Program-made: the position numbers and the translations under genes
From: the human T2T-CHM13v2.0 reference genome, Homo sapiens
Strand: one strand, 5' to 3'
Length of the DNA stretch: 64,000 nucleotides
Assembly (NCBI RefSeq): GCF_009914755.1
Contig: NC_060936.1
Notes under the pieces: generated by a model
Told to the model about the DNA's origin: nothing
The model's database searches: none
What the model saw: the letters and a program-made list of their open reading frames with translations, nothing else
Shown here: one piece after another, positions 1 through 13,252 of the stretch
How the letters are laid out: the number at the start of each line of letters is the position of its first letter
Numbering within the stretch: position 1 is the first letter of the stretch

Positions 1-14
1 ACATCATTACTGAA

Positions 15-215
15 ACGGTTGTAGAATGTTCCATCTCACAGATGTTCGGGATTTATTCAACCATTCCCCCACTAATGGGCATTTAGGTGATCTTCCCAAT
101 TATAAATAGCGATGCAGCCACCATTCTTGTAAAATTTCTACACTGTCTGAGTATCCAATTATTTCCTTCGGATGTGCTTCTAGAGTGGGAATGTTGGAGC
201 AAAGGTTGTGCACTT
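15..215 (-). mobile_element. Old L1M (L1ME-like) 3' fragment
   Basis: tttattcaaccattccccactaatgggcatttaggt...gagtgggaatgttggagcaaagg resembles antisense L1M 3' region. Confidence 0.55.
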
Positions 216-734
216 TGCTCAACAGTCTGTGAGGCCTGCGTGTTTCTCAAGAGGGTTTGGGAGGGTTTCAGGGGGACCCTATAGCAGCCTGAGAATGTTT
301 CATTTGGCAGGAAATCACCTTTTCTGAAGAGAAATGAGTACCCTACCACATTGCCAGGGCTTGCCTCTGTAGGGCTGGTCGTTTGGGTAATTTTAATTTT
401 CTTCTTTATTCATTTCTATATTGTATTTTCGGTATTGGACATGCATTGCTTTTTGTATTAATTTTTCTAATGAAAGCAATTTTTCTTGTTATAAAAACCA
501 AACACAAGAGAAGTACGTACAGTAGAAAGAAAAGGCCCACATCTCCCCAGAAGTTGCCCGGGTTCATTTTGTGTGTTCACCTGCTAGACATGGTTCAGCT
601 CCTGCATAAGTTTTGTTATGGGAATTTTCCCTCAGTAGGAAGAAAATACTGTCATAAAAATAAAAAAATTTAAATAAAATTAGTATCATGTTACACGTTA
701 AAAAAACCTCCAAAAGGGTTCGTTTAAAACATGA

Positions 735-1084
<350 letters not shown>

Positions 1085-1110
1085 CCTATCTTAGAAATTG
1101 TTCCCTATAG

Positions 1111-1447
<337 letters not shown>

Positions 1448-1659
1448 TGCCTTGTTCTTTTTAATTGATGCAGCAATTTTCATTATGTAAAGGTCACATG
1501 AGTTATTTATTTGATCCCCTATGATGGATAGCTGGGTTGTTTTGCCATTAAAACAATGATACATGGAACATCTCCATGCTCTAGTCTATGATGAGAGCAG
1601 GACCGGGCTGAGCAGGGCTGAGAGGGCCCACAGCCTCCATCAGGCTCACCTCTCAGCTG

Positions 1660-1830
1660 CATGACTACAGTAGCTCAGCTAGCCTCTCAGAGCCTCAGTT
1701 TCCACATCTGCCAAATGGGTACAATCACAGTTCCCACTTCACGGTTTTGTGAAGATTAAGTGGCCAATGTTTATAAGTGTGTGGCACAGGACTTGCCACA
1801 TCGTACATTCTCAGGACATTGTAACTAATA
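1660..1830 (+). mobile_element. MIR
   Basis: Core gagcctcagtttccacatctgccaaatggg...gtgaagattaag. Confidence 0.8.
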
Positions 1831-2499
1831 TTTCTGGTGGGTATTTCCGTCATTTCATTTCCATGAGTGGCTAGCTTGAGAGAAGTCCAACTGTACCAAT
1901 TTTACAGGTAAAGAAGTTGAAGAAAAAGGGTACACACAAGCCAGGTCACCTAACCCATAACCCATGCATGGCAAAGAACTTGCCCAGGGCTGCACCATGT
2001 TCCCCAGCCCACTAGCATCTCCCTTGGTGTCATTCCTTGCCTTGATGAAAGACCCCAGAGGGTCAGGATGGGAACTGAGACCTTGGGCCCATCCCTGACT
2101 GCTCTGAGCCACCCACTACTTTACCTTCAGAGGAGGGTTTCAGAAGAGCTGGCCTCTGCCCTTTCAGCCTGAGATCCCACCATGACTGACCCAAAACATC
2201 GCGTCCCCTAGAGTGTCAATGTCACATCCTCACTTGAGAACTCCCAGCTCTCCTGGGGGCTGGGGCGGGAGAGCATTGGGGCGGGGCCCCGCCGCCAGCC
2301 TCTGTTGCTTGGCTCTGTGGGTGCACGAATGACCTCATTGCCAGGAAAGCTGAGATGTGAGCCCCTGGCACCTGCAGGATAGCATCTGTCACTGCCTTGA
2401 GCTGAGCTCCTAGCAGATCTCAACACAGAAGGGATGCACAGGGTTGGTTCCTGGGGAGGTGGAGGTGGGAAAGACAGGCAGGGAATTTTCCTTATTAAA

Positions 2500-2673
2500 A
2501 ATAGCTGCCTTTCTTTGAGCGCTTCCCATGTGGCAGGCGCTCGGTTAAGCCTTGGTGTAAATTATGCCTTTTAGTCCTCAGGCCAACCTTGAGAGATAGG
2601 CACCATTATTACCACCCTCGTTTCACAGATGAGCGCACTGAGGCTAAGTGAGGTGCTGGGACTTGCTCATGGT
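2500..2673 (-). mobile_element. MIR (continues at 3620-3683 after the LTR insertion)
   Basis: tttcacagatgagcgcactgaggct...ttgctcatggt; resumes gaactagaatttgaattcaaatc. Confidence 0.8.
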
Positions 2674-3044
2674 GAGGGGGGTGGTGGCCGTGGAATGTGC
2701 CACTCTCCCTTCAAGAAAGCACCTCTTTCCTCAAGGTGTTGGTGACAGCTCCCAGTGCCACATCTCCAGATTGACATGGTGTCCATTGACTGCTCCCAGC
2801 CAATGACTGGGCACAGCCGGGGTGGGAGAGCTGGGTCACGCCTGCCCAAGACGGGGACAGGCAACCCTTGCTCTGGGCTCCCCATCAGCCTGGGGACTTT
2901 CTCAGAGCTGTACTGCAATCTGAGGCTCCTCCTCCCATCTTTTGTCCTTATCATTCCCCTCTCCATTCCCAGGTGTCAGACCAGCATCAGGATCTGAAGG
3001 TGCTCCCTCCCCCCTCCTACTCTCTCCTCTTTATCCTTTTCATT

Positions 3045-3377
3045 TTCTTTTCTTTCCTTTCTTTCACTTTTTTTTTTTTTTGAGATGGTCTTACTCTGTC
3101 ACCCAGGCTAGAGTTCAGTGGTGCGATCATAGCTCACTGCAGCCTTGACCTCCTGAGCTCAAGTGATCCTACCATCTCAGCCTCTTAAGTAGCTGGGACT
3201 ATAGGCGTGTGCTACCATGCCTGGCTAATTTTAAAATTATTATTATTATTATTATTTTGTAGAGATGGGGTTTTGCCATGTTGCCCAGGCTGGTCTTGAA
3301 CTCCTGGGCTCAAGTAATCTACCCGTCTTGGCCTCTTAAAGTGCTGGGATTACAGGTGTGAGTCACAGTGCCCGGCC
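3045..3377 (-). mobile_element. AluJ-type with (TTA)n linker
   Basis: Full dimer ending gtgcccggcc. Confidence 0.93.
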
Positions 3378-3379
3378 CT

Positions 3380-3515
3380 TTCATTTTTTTAATTTTTTGT
3401 AGAGATGGGGTCTCACTATGTTGCCCGGGCTGGTCTTGAACTCCTGGGTTCAAGCATCCTCCCACCTTGGTCCCCCAAAGCACTGGAATTACAGGTGTGA
3501 GCCACCGTGCCTGGC
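3380..3515 (-). mobile_element. Alu left monomer (FLAM-like)
   Basis: Monomer directly adjacent to the preceding Alu, ends gtgcctggc. Confidence 0.88.
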
Positions 3516-3834
3516 TTCCCCTCCCCTTTATCCTTCCTAGGTATCTTCCTCAATAAATCTCTTGCAAGTTCACTTCCATCTTGGTGTCTGCTTCCCAGAG
3601 GGCTGACCTGGAACTCTGAGGGAACTAGAATTTGAATTCAAATCTTTCTGAGACCGTGGTCTGCACTCTTCATCACTGTGCTATTTGTTAAGCTTAAAGC
3701 AAAGGCCTAGGTTTGAGGACTCTCCAGAGAACCAAGAAATGGCCTAGTTAACAACAACTATTATCAAGGCTGTTTGTCTTCTGCCCTGGCTGAATCATGT
3801 AATGTCATAGGAAGAGTCCTCAGATTAGTGTAAA

Positions 3835-3950
3835 CTTAAGCAAGTCACTTATCTTCTGGAAGCCTCAATTTCCCAGCTGTGAAAGGAAGATGGCAATGGT
3901 ACCTCCCTTGAGGGTTGTTACAAAGATTAAATGAGCATAGAGAAGAATTG
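3835..3950 (+). mobile_element. MIR
   Basis: gcaagtcactta...gcctcaatttccc...gagggttgttacaaagattaaatgag. Confidence 0.75.
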
Positions 3951-4000
3951 CAATAGAGAGAACAACAGTGCTGCCAGCAGTTGAAAGGGACACACCCCCT

Positions 4001-4022
4001 ACACACACACACACACACACAC
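4001..4022 (+). repeat. (AC)11 microsatellite
   Basis: Direct reading. Confidence 0.95.
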
Positions 4023-4124
4023 CCCCCACAGCCTCTACACTTAGGGCCAAGCCCAGGCGTTGTGGACATGATGGAAACCCCAAGAGATCAGTTAGGATCA
4101 TCTCTGCCTGTAAACCTCTGATAA

Positions 4125-4330
4125 TCTAGCTTAAACATAATTTATTTCACAAAATAAAGAGTTGGGGGCAGGCAACTCAAAGCTACGCAAAGCATCAAGG
4201 AAGCTACCCAAGATACCAGTTTCTTCTAATTTCCTGCTTCATTTTCTTAGGATATGGGACTTCCTTGTGGACATAAAATGGCTGCTGCAGCTCCAGGCCA
4301 CACATGCACCTTCCAGGTAGAAAGAACTCA
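4125..4330 (-). mobile_element. Old MLT1 (J/K/L-type) LTR fragment
   Basis: aaaatggctgctgcagctccaggccacacatgcaccttccagg motif. Confidence 0.6.
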
Positions 4331-4861
4331 CTAGGAAAGGCAAGAAGAAAACTGTTCTCCCTTAACAAGAACCTCCCCAGTTTCAGCTTTCTTTGTGGGG
4401 TAGTGGAGAGGCAGCATTCAGAGAACCCAGAATCAGACTCTGCTTAGAGAAGGTTGGCTTCTGGGGACATCTTTTGATCATGTCTGCTCAATGTCACCAT
4501 CTTAAGGCAGGAGGAAGCAACAGAAAACAGGGAAGCAGGTGTCCCAGGAGGAGCCCAATGCCATGGAAAGATGGGAAAAGAGGTGGTGGATGAGATCCTG
4601 GATTCTTATAAACTTTATCTACTCCACTTGCACAGATGATGGAGGATTTGAGGAGTGTCAGTGAATGCTCTGTGTGGACTGAACTTGGAGCAGACTGGGG
4701 CTGGAACTCTCCAGGGAGGGCAACTTTGACCGAGACATCTTAGGGTTTGCCAAGTCCTCAGCAGATGTTTTTTGATGTGCCTTGAGATCCTCAAATGAGA
4801 AGGGCAGTGGGATTCTTCCCTCTCCAGCCAGGACCACATCTGTGCTTTTCTGTAATTGTGT

Positions 4862-4885
4862 AAAAAAAAAAAAAAAAAAAAAAAG
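4862..4885 (+). repeat. Poly(A)24
   Basis: Direct reading. Confidence 0.95.
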
Positions 4886-5636
4886 GTCTTCTAAAATTTT
4901 CTGATGGAATATATGCTCATAGCCCCGAAAAAGAAAAAAAAAGAAAGATGAGTGTAAGGAAGAAAAAAATTATCTGGAGTTCCACTACCCACAAATGAGC
5001 ATGGTTAACATTTCTTCTAGACTTCTAATGTATTCAGACACATGCACTTTCCGCCCCCATACTGTACATATTTTCTCTTAATCTGCATCTTTTTCACTTA
5101 AAATATGTCATGCACACCTCGGCATGTCAATAAATATAGAAGAATGTCGTCCCTTTTAAAGTTTGCATAGTCCACGGTTGTGCCAGCATTTATTTACGAA
5201 CCTCCTCTTACTGGGGGTTGTAGGTTGATTTAAACTTTTGTCTGATTATTAGCCATCCTCTATTGCTTGCCCTTGTATGTATTTCATCTGACTACTGTTT
5301 TATACTTAATTCCTAATAGTGTAATTGGGGGGTCATGGAACTTTTTAAAAAAAGATTTCATGCATAGAACCAAACTGCCTTCCAGAAAGATGCTAATTTA
5401 CACGCTCAACAGCTATATATGATATTATCCCACACACCACTAAAACTGCTCACTAGAGAGATTGGATATATTTCCAAATTGGTTTTTAGCCATTTTTATT
5501 TCTCCTCCTCATCCTAATTCTTCTTATTTTGCATTGCATGTTTCTATCTTTGCTTATGTTTTTAAAAACTGGCAATATAAAGCCGTTATTTTTGCAAATA
5601 TTTTTCCAGTGTTCTATTTGTCTTTGAATTATCTTG

Positions 5637-6490
5637 TTTATTGTGGTAAAATACACATAACATAAAATTTACCCTTTTAACCATTTTTAAGAGTCCAGTT
5701 CAGGCCGGGTGCGGTGGCTTATGCCTGTAATCCCAGCACTTTGGGAGGCTGAGGTGGGGTGGATCACTTGAGGTCAGGAGTTCGAGACCAGCCTGGCCAA
5801 CATGGTGAAACCCTGTTTCCACTAAAAATACAAAAAAAAAAAAAAAAAAGCTGGGTGCGGTGGTGCATGCCTGTAATCGCAGCTACTTGGGAGGCTGAGG
5901 CAGGAGAATCTCTTGAACCTGGGAGTGGAGGTTGTAGTGATCTGAGATCACAACACTGCACTCCAGCCTGGGCGACAGAGTGAAACTCAAAAAAAAAAAG
6001 AGTCCAGTTCAGTGGCATTAAGTACATTGACACTGTTGTGCAACCATCACCACCATCCATCTCCAAAACTTTCATCACCAAAATTTGAAACTGTGCACCC
6101 ATTAAACAGTAACTCTCCATTCTCCCTCCCCCAGCCCTTGGTAGCCCTTATTCTACTTTCTGTCTCTATAATTACTCCAGGAATCTCACATAAGTGAAAT
6201 CATACAATATTTATCTTTTTTGTGTGTCTGGCTTATCTCACTTAGCATGATTCTTCAAGTGTCATTCATGTTGTAGCCTATGTCAGAACTTCCTTCCTTT
6301 TTAAGGCTGAATAATATTTCATTGTGTGGATAGACCACATTTTTGCTTATCCATTCATCCATCGATGGACACCTGGATTGTTTCCATCTTTTGGCTATTG
6401 TGAATAGTGTTGCTGTGAACATGGGTATACAAATATCTTTTTAAGTCCCTGCTCTCAATTCTTGTGTGTATATACCTGGAAACGGATATC
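5637..6490 (-). mobile_element. L1MB 3' end, split by Alu
   Basis: ttgtggtaaaatacacataacataaaatttacc...cagttcagtggcattaagtacatt...ccattcatccatcgatggacacctgg. Confidence 0.88.
5703..5999 (+). mobile_element. AluS-type
   Basis: Perfect TSD aagagtccagttca 5689-5702 and 5998-6011. Confidence 0.96.
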
Positions 6491-6631
6491 TTTAACTTTT
6501 AATGTTGTCTGTGACTCTTTTTGGTATGCAGAAGCTTTACATTTTAAAATACTCATCTATCAATATTTTTCTTATTGCTTTGGCTCTGGGTTCATTTCTA
6601 TACTATTTTTAGAGACCTCTAGGTAAAGGTT

Positions 6632-7202
6632 CTATTTATTCATTACTGTGTAACAATGTACCCCATAACTTAGTGGCTTGAAATAAATAATAATCATTTA
6701 TTTTGGTTGTGAATCAGCAATTTGGACAGGACTTAGTGGGGTCAGCTTGTCTCTGTTGCATGGGGCTTCAGCTGACACAGCTCAATGTGGGTGGGAAGAT
6801 CCACTTCCAAGATGGCTCACTCACGTGGCGTCTTGGTGCTAACCATTGGTTAGGAGCTCAGCCTAACCTCAGGCATTAGACTGAGAACTCTGGTTCCTCT
6901 CCATCTGGGTCTCTTCAAAGGCTACTTGGGCTTCCTCACAGCATGGTGGCTGGGTTTCAAGATTGAGCATCTCAGTAAATCGAGGCAGAAGTATACGGTA
7001 TTTTTGTGACCTAGCCTCAGAAGTCACATGGTATCACTTTTACTGTACTCCACCAGTCAAGAAAGGCATAAATGCCAAACCAAGTTCAAGTGGGGATGGA
7101 ACATAGATTCCACCTCTTCATGGAGGAGTTGCAAAGTTCCAGAAGGGCATGTGGGCTGGGAAATATTACTGCAGACATTTTTTGGAAAATATAATGTGCC
7201 AA
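6632..7202 (-). mobile_element. MLT1 (G/H-type) LTR
   Basis: acttagtggcttgaaa...gatccacttccaagatggctcactcac...tttggaaaatataatgtgcca. Confidence 0.8.
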
Positions 7203-8108
7203 GCTCACTCTCTGGCCACAACAATTCATATCCCTTTCACATGTAAAATACACTCCTCTGAGACCTCCCAGGAGTTTCATCCCATTACAGGATCAGGCTT
7301 AGTATCAAGGTCCAGGATTTTATTATCTAAATCAGGTCCAGGCCCACATTATGCTCCTCAGGTATGATACTTTGGGGACAGCTCTTTGAGTACTTTTCTT
7401 TTTGACCTGAACATCTGTAAAATAAAGAGCAAATTAACTGCTTCTTACACACTCAACATGCAGTCATGGGTCAGGCACAAGACAACTGTTACAGGCACTC
7501 ACATTTAAAGAGGTAGAAAACAGGAGGTAAATCACTGGTCCATAACAATTCTAAAATCCAGCTGGGCAAATGTTGCTAAATGTTGCCAATTCCTTGACTG
7601 GGACTCAGGATTGTTCCCTAGATATGATTCTGAGTCACTGTTATTTTCCATAAAGTACAGCCATGTTTGCAGCTGAGGGTTTTTCTTGGCTTGCTTCCTA
7701 CCTATAGAAGTTTGGAAAACCAAAGACCTCATTTTATTTTCTATTCTCTCAGTTCCTTTTAGTTCAAGCAGGCACAGCTTCCACCAGAACAATTCTATTA
7801 AAAACACTGTGTGTTTCCTACGAATCTTATTGAGATTCATGCCATTAAAGAAAAGCCAAAATCACAAATCTCTTTGAGATAAGCCCTTTCTACCGTGGGT
7901 TCCCATTGAGATCACTGTAGATCAATGCCTTTAAGATCTTAAAAAGGCTTGTCATATAATGGAAAGTGCCTGTGAGGCATGGCCTATAGATCCTTAGAGA
8001 AGCTTTTCTGTACTGGAAAGGTTCTATGAGGCACTGCCATAAATCTTTCTTGTGTCTTAAAGGAACTTACAATCCCACCTGGATTCAATATTTGGTCTGA
8101 GGCCCTTC
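7203..8108 (-). mobile_element. MLT1 internal sequence (left part)
   Basis: Directly abuts the LTR; resembles recalled MLT-int (cacatgtaaaatacactc, tctaaatcaggtccagg, attctaaaatccagctgggcaaatg). Confidence 0.65.
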
Positions 8109-8408
<300 letters not shown>

Positions 8409-8823
8409 ATTTCCTTCTTTTTCTTTGCTGTGTCTCTCACCTCTCCATTTTCTAAGTCAAAGTTACTGAAGTAAAATTTATATAGAGAAAAATTTGCCCT
8501 TTTTAGGGGTATAGTTCTGTAAGTTCAACAAATGCATATAATTACGTAACTACCACTACAATCACCCAAAAAACTTCCCTTGTATAGGTTTGTAGTCATT
8601 TCTATCACCCACCCAGCCCCTGGCAGTTCCTCATTTATTTTCTGTCCCTGAAGTTCTGCCCTTTTCAGAATGCCATATACAGGGAATAATGCAGTATGTG
8701 AGTAGAATCCCATTGTATGGATATTCCATAATTTGTTTATCCATATTGGTGGATACTTGTCTATTACAAATAAAGCTGCTATGGACATTGATGCTTACAA
8801 GTCTTTGTGTGGATATATGTTTT

Positions 8824-9320
8824 TGTATTTGTTTGCTATGGGTGCTATAACAAATCACCACAAACGTAGAGGCTTCAAACAACACAAATTTATTATTTTA
8901 TAGTTCTGGGGGTCAGAATTTTAAAATGAGTTTCACTGGGATAAGATCAAAGTGTCAGCACAGCTGCATTCCTTCTGGAGGCTCTAGGAGGAATCTATTC
9001 CCTTGCCTTTTCCAGCTTCTAGAGGCCACCTGAATTTATGGCTTGTGGCTCCTTCCTCCATCTTCAAAGGCAGCAATGACAAGTCAAGTCTTGTCACATG
9101 ATGTCACTCTCACACTCACTCTTCTGCCTCCCTCTTTCACTTATAGGGACCCTTGTGATGACATCAGGCCCACCTGGATAATCCAGAACAATCTCTCCAT
9201 CTCAAGATCCTTAATCTAATCACATCTAAAAAGTCTCCTTTGTCATGTAATTTAACATGTTTATGGGTTCCAGGGATTAGGGCATGGACATCTTCAGGGG
9301 CCATTATTTTGCCTACCACA
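8824..9320 (-). mobile_element. MLT1D-like solo LTR
   Basis: ~497 bp, tgtatt...gctgcattccttctggaggctctagg...gcctaccaca. Confidence 0.85.
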
Positions 9321-9503
9321 GCTTTCTTTTCTCTTGGGTAAATACCTAGGAGCAGAATGGCTGGATCCTGCAGCAGGTGTTTAACTTTTTTAAAAAAATT
9401 GCCAAACTGGTTTCCAAAGCGCTTGTACTATCTTACATTCCCATCAGCAATGTACAAGAGTTCCAGTTCCTCCACATTCTTCCCCAGCATTTGGAATGGT
9501 CAA

Positions 9504-9940
9504 TATATTAGATTCCAAGGGTTGCTGTAATTAATTGCCACAAACTGGGGGTCTTAAAACAAGAGAAACGTGTTTTCTCACAGCTCTGGAGGCCAGAAGT
9601 TTAAAGTCAAGAGTCAGCAGGGTTGATTCCCTCTGGAGGCTCTCAGGGAGAGAGCTTCTTGCCTCTTCCAGCTCTGGTGGCCACAGATATTCCTGGGCTT
9701 ATATATACATCACTCCAATCTCTGTCCCTGGCTTCACATGGCATTCTCTTCTCTGTGTGTCTCTGTGTCTTCATGTGGCCTTCTTAAGGACAACAGTCAG
9801 TCAGTAGATTTAGGGCCTACCCTAATCCACTATTACCTTGCTTTAACTAATTATCTGAAAATATCTTATTTCCAAATAAAGTCACATTCTGAGGTTCCAG
9901 TGGACATGAATTTGGAGGCGACCCTATTCAACTCAGTATA
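9504..9940 (-). mobile_element. MLT1B/C-like solo LTR
   Basis: ctcacagctctggaggccagaag...ttccaaataaagtcacattctgagg...ttcaactcagtata. Confidence 0.85.
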
Positions 9941-10475
9941 GCCAGTCTTTTAAATTTACCATTCTAATAGGTATGTAGTAGTGTCTCATTGTGGTTTAAA
10001 TTTGCATTTTTGTAATGACTAATAATGCTAAACAACTGGTCATGTGTTTATTTGCCATCTTGTTTGGTGAAATGTCTGTTCAAATCTTTTGCCCATTATA
10101 AAAGCTGGGCTGTTTATTTTCTTATTATTGAGTCTTGAGAGTTCTTTATGTATTGTGGATACAAGTTTTTGTTTTTCTTTAATTCAGATGTGTAACTTGC
10201 AAACATTTTCTCTCAGTCCATGGCTCACATTTCCATTCTCTTAAAAGAGTTATTCAAAGAGCAGAAGGTTTTAATTTTGATGAAGATCACTTTTTCAATT
10301 TTTTTATGGCTCATGCTTTTGATAGTGTGTCTAAGAACATCCCGTTTGCCTAACCCAAGGTCACAAAAATTTTCTTTTTTTTTTTTTTTTTGCCATTGAT
10401 TTATCTTTATTATAGTTTAATGGAACAATTTGATAAGAAGACATATCTAATATAGCTTAGATGAACAGCTTATAC

Positions 10476-10650
10476 AGGTTCAGTATCCCTTATCTGAAAT
10501 ACTTTGGACCAGAAGTGTTTGGGCAGATTTTGGAATATTCGTATTATGCTTATCGGTTCAGCTTCCCTAATCTGAAAATTAAAATTCAAAATGCTGCAGT
10601 GAGCATTTCCTTTGAACAACATGTTGGGCCTCAAAAAATTTCATATTTCC
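10476..10650 (+). mobile_element. MER46A-like (Tigger) MITE, one end missing, within the transduced cargo
   Basis: ta-caggttcagtatcccttatctgaaat...gagcatttcctttgaa...ctcaaaaaatttc. Confidence 0.8.
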
Positions 10651-10727
10651 AGTGTGTGTAGATGGTGTCACCTGGGGCTTGAGTGGCTACACATGAGTAT
10701 CAAAGACAATGGCCAAGAACAAATTAA

Positions 10728-11107
<380 letters not shown>

Positions 11108-11122
11108 CAGTTGCCACTATTC

Positions 11123-13155
11123 TTTTTTTTTTTTTTTTAATTTAATTTAATTTAATTTTTTTTTTATTGATCATTCTTGGGTGTTTCTCGCAGAGGGGGA
11201 TTTGGCAGGGTCATAGGACAATAGTGGAGGGAAGGTCAGCAGACAAACAAGTGAACAAAGGTCTCTGGTTTTCCTAGGCAGAGTGTTTGTGTCCCTGGGT
11301 ACTTGAGATTAGGGAGTGGCGATGACTCTTAGCGAGCATGCTGCCTTCAAGCATCTGTTTAACAAAGCACATCTTGCACCGCCCTTAATCCATTTAACCC
11401 TGAGTGGACACAGCACATGTTTCAGAGAGCACAGGGTTGGGGGTAAGGTCATAGATCAACAGGATCCCAAGGCAGAAGAATTTTTCTTAGTACAGAACAA
11501 AATGAAAAGTCTCCCATGTCTACTTCTTTCTACACAGACACAGCAACCATCCGATTTCTCAATCTTTTACCCACCTTGCCCCCTTTTCTATTCCACAAAA
11601 CCGCCATTGTCATCATGGCCCGTTCTCAATGAGCTGTTGGGTACACCTCCCAGACGGGCTGGTGGCCGGGCAGAGGGGGCTCCTCACTTCCCAGTAGGGG
11701 CGGCCGGGCAGAGGCGCCCCTCACCTCCGGGACGGGGCGGCTGGCCGGGCGGGGGGCTGACCCCCCAACCTCCCTCCCAGACGGGGCGCTGGCTGGGCGG
11801 GGGGCTGAGCTCCCCACCTCCCTCCCGGACGGGGCGGCTGGCCGGGCGGGGGGCTGACCCCCCCACCTCCCTCCCGGACAGGGCGCTGGCTGGGTGGGGG
11901 GCTGAGCTCCCCACCTCCCTCCCGGATGGGGCGGCTGGCCGGGCGGGGGGGCTGACCCCCACCACCTCCCTCCCGGACGGGGCGGCTGGCCGGGCAGGGG
12001 GCTGACCCCCCCACCTCCCTCCCAGACGGGGCGGCTGGCCGGGCAGAGGGGCTCCTCACTTCCCAGTAGGGGCGGCCGGGCAGAGGCGCCCCTCACCTCC
12101 CGGACGGGGCGGCTGGCCGGGCAGGGGGCTGACCCCCCCACCTGCCTCCCAGACGGGGCGGCTGGCCGGGCGGGGGGCTGACCCCCCCACCTCCCTCCCG
12201 GAAGGGGTGGCTGCTGGGTGGAGACCCTCCTCACTTCCCAGACGGGGTGGCAGCGGGGCGGAGGGGCTCCTCACTTCTCAGACGGGGCAGTTGCCAGGCA
12301 GAGGGTCTCCTCACTTCTCAGACGGGCGGCCGGGCAGAGACGCTCCTCACCTCCCAGACGGGGTCGCGGCCGGGCCCAGGCGCTCCTCACATCCCAGACG
12401 GGGTGGCGGGGCAGAGGCGCTCCCCACATCTCAGACGATGGGCGGCCGGGCAGAGATGCTCCTCACTTCCTAGATGGGATGGCGGCTGGGAAGAGGCACT
12501 CCTCACTTCCCAGGTGGGATGGCGGCCGGGCAGAGACGCTCCTCACTTTCCAGACTGGGCAGCCAGGCAGAGGGGCTCCTCACATCCCAGACGATGGGCG
12601 GCCAGGCAGAGACGCTCCTCACTTCCCAGACGGGGTGGCGGCCGGGCAGAGGCTGCACTCTCCGCACTTTGGGGGGCCAAGGCAGGCGGCTGGGAGGTGG
12701 AGATTGTAGCGAGCCGAGATCACGCCACTGCACTCCAGCCTGGGCACCATTGAGCACTGAGTTAACGAGACTCCGTCTGCAATCCCGGCACCTCGGGAGG
12801 CCGAGGCTGGTGGATCACTCGCGGTTAGGAGCTGGAGACCAGCCCGGCCAACACAGCGAAACCCCGTCTCCACCAAAAAAACACGAAAACCAGTCAGGTG
12901 TGGTGGCGCGCGCCTGCAGTCGCAGGCACTCGGCAGGCTGAGGCAGGAGAATCAGGCAGGGAGGTTGCAGTGAGCCGAGATGGCAGCAGCACAGTCCAGG
13001 TTTGGCTCAGCATGAGAGGGAGACCCTGGAAAGAGGGAGAGGGAGAGGGAGTGGCTCGGCATGACAGCGAGACCGTGGAAAGAGGGAGACAGAGGGAGAG
13101 GGAGGGGGGGAGGGGGAGGGGGAGGGGGAGGGAGAGGGAGAGGGAGAGGGAGAGG
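11123..13155 (-). mobile_element. Full-length SVA retrotransposon (SVA_D-like)
   Basis: (CCCTCT)n hexamer ~13031-13155, Alu-like ~12650-13030, GC-rich VNTR ~11655-12650, SINE-R ~11165-11655, patterned A-tail 11123-11165; TSD acaaaaattttcttt 10363-10377 / 13156-13170. Confidence 0.97.
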
Positions 13156-13252
13156 ACAAAAATTTTCTTTCTTCAGGAATCTTTGTAGTGTTGTATCTTT
13201 ACATTTAGATCTATAAGCTGTTTTGAGTTAATTTTTACATATAAGATGTAGA

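Larger units (their letters stand above)
2680..3618 (+). mobile_element. LTR16C-like ERVL solo LTR, interrupted by Alus
   Basis: ccaatgactgggcacagc; ctttctcagagctgtactgcaatctgaggctc; aataaatctcttgca...cttggtgtctgcttc. Confidence 0.75.

Noticed and set aside
4420-4885. Possible processed pseudogene ending in A24
   Set aside because: No AATAAA upstream, no TSD and no recognisable coding sequence.
11108-11122. Candidate SVA TSD next to the first poly(A)
   Set aside because: It has no partner at the SVA 5' end; it pairs with 10798-10809 as the Alu TSD.
11655-12650. Repeat array superficially like CRISPR or a novel satellite
   Set aside because: No unique spacers; it is the SVA VNTR in eukaryotic DNA.
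11316-13188. Long overlapping ORFs (229, 202, 168, 163, 155 aa)
   Set aside because: All lie in the GC-rich SVA VNTR/Alu-like region, which lacks stop codons by composition; low-complexity translations.
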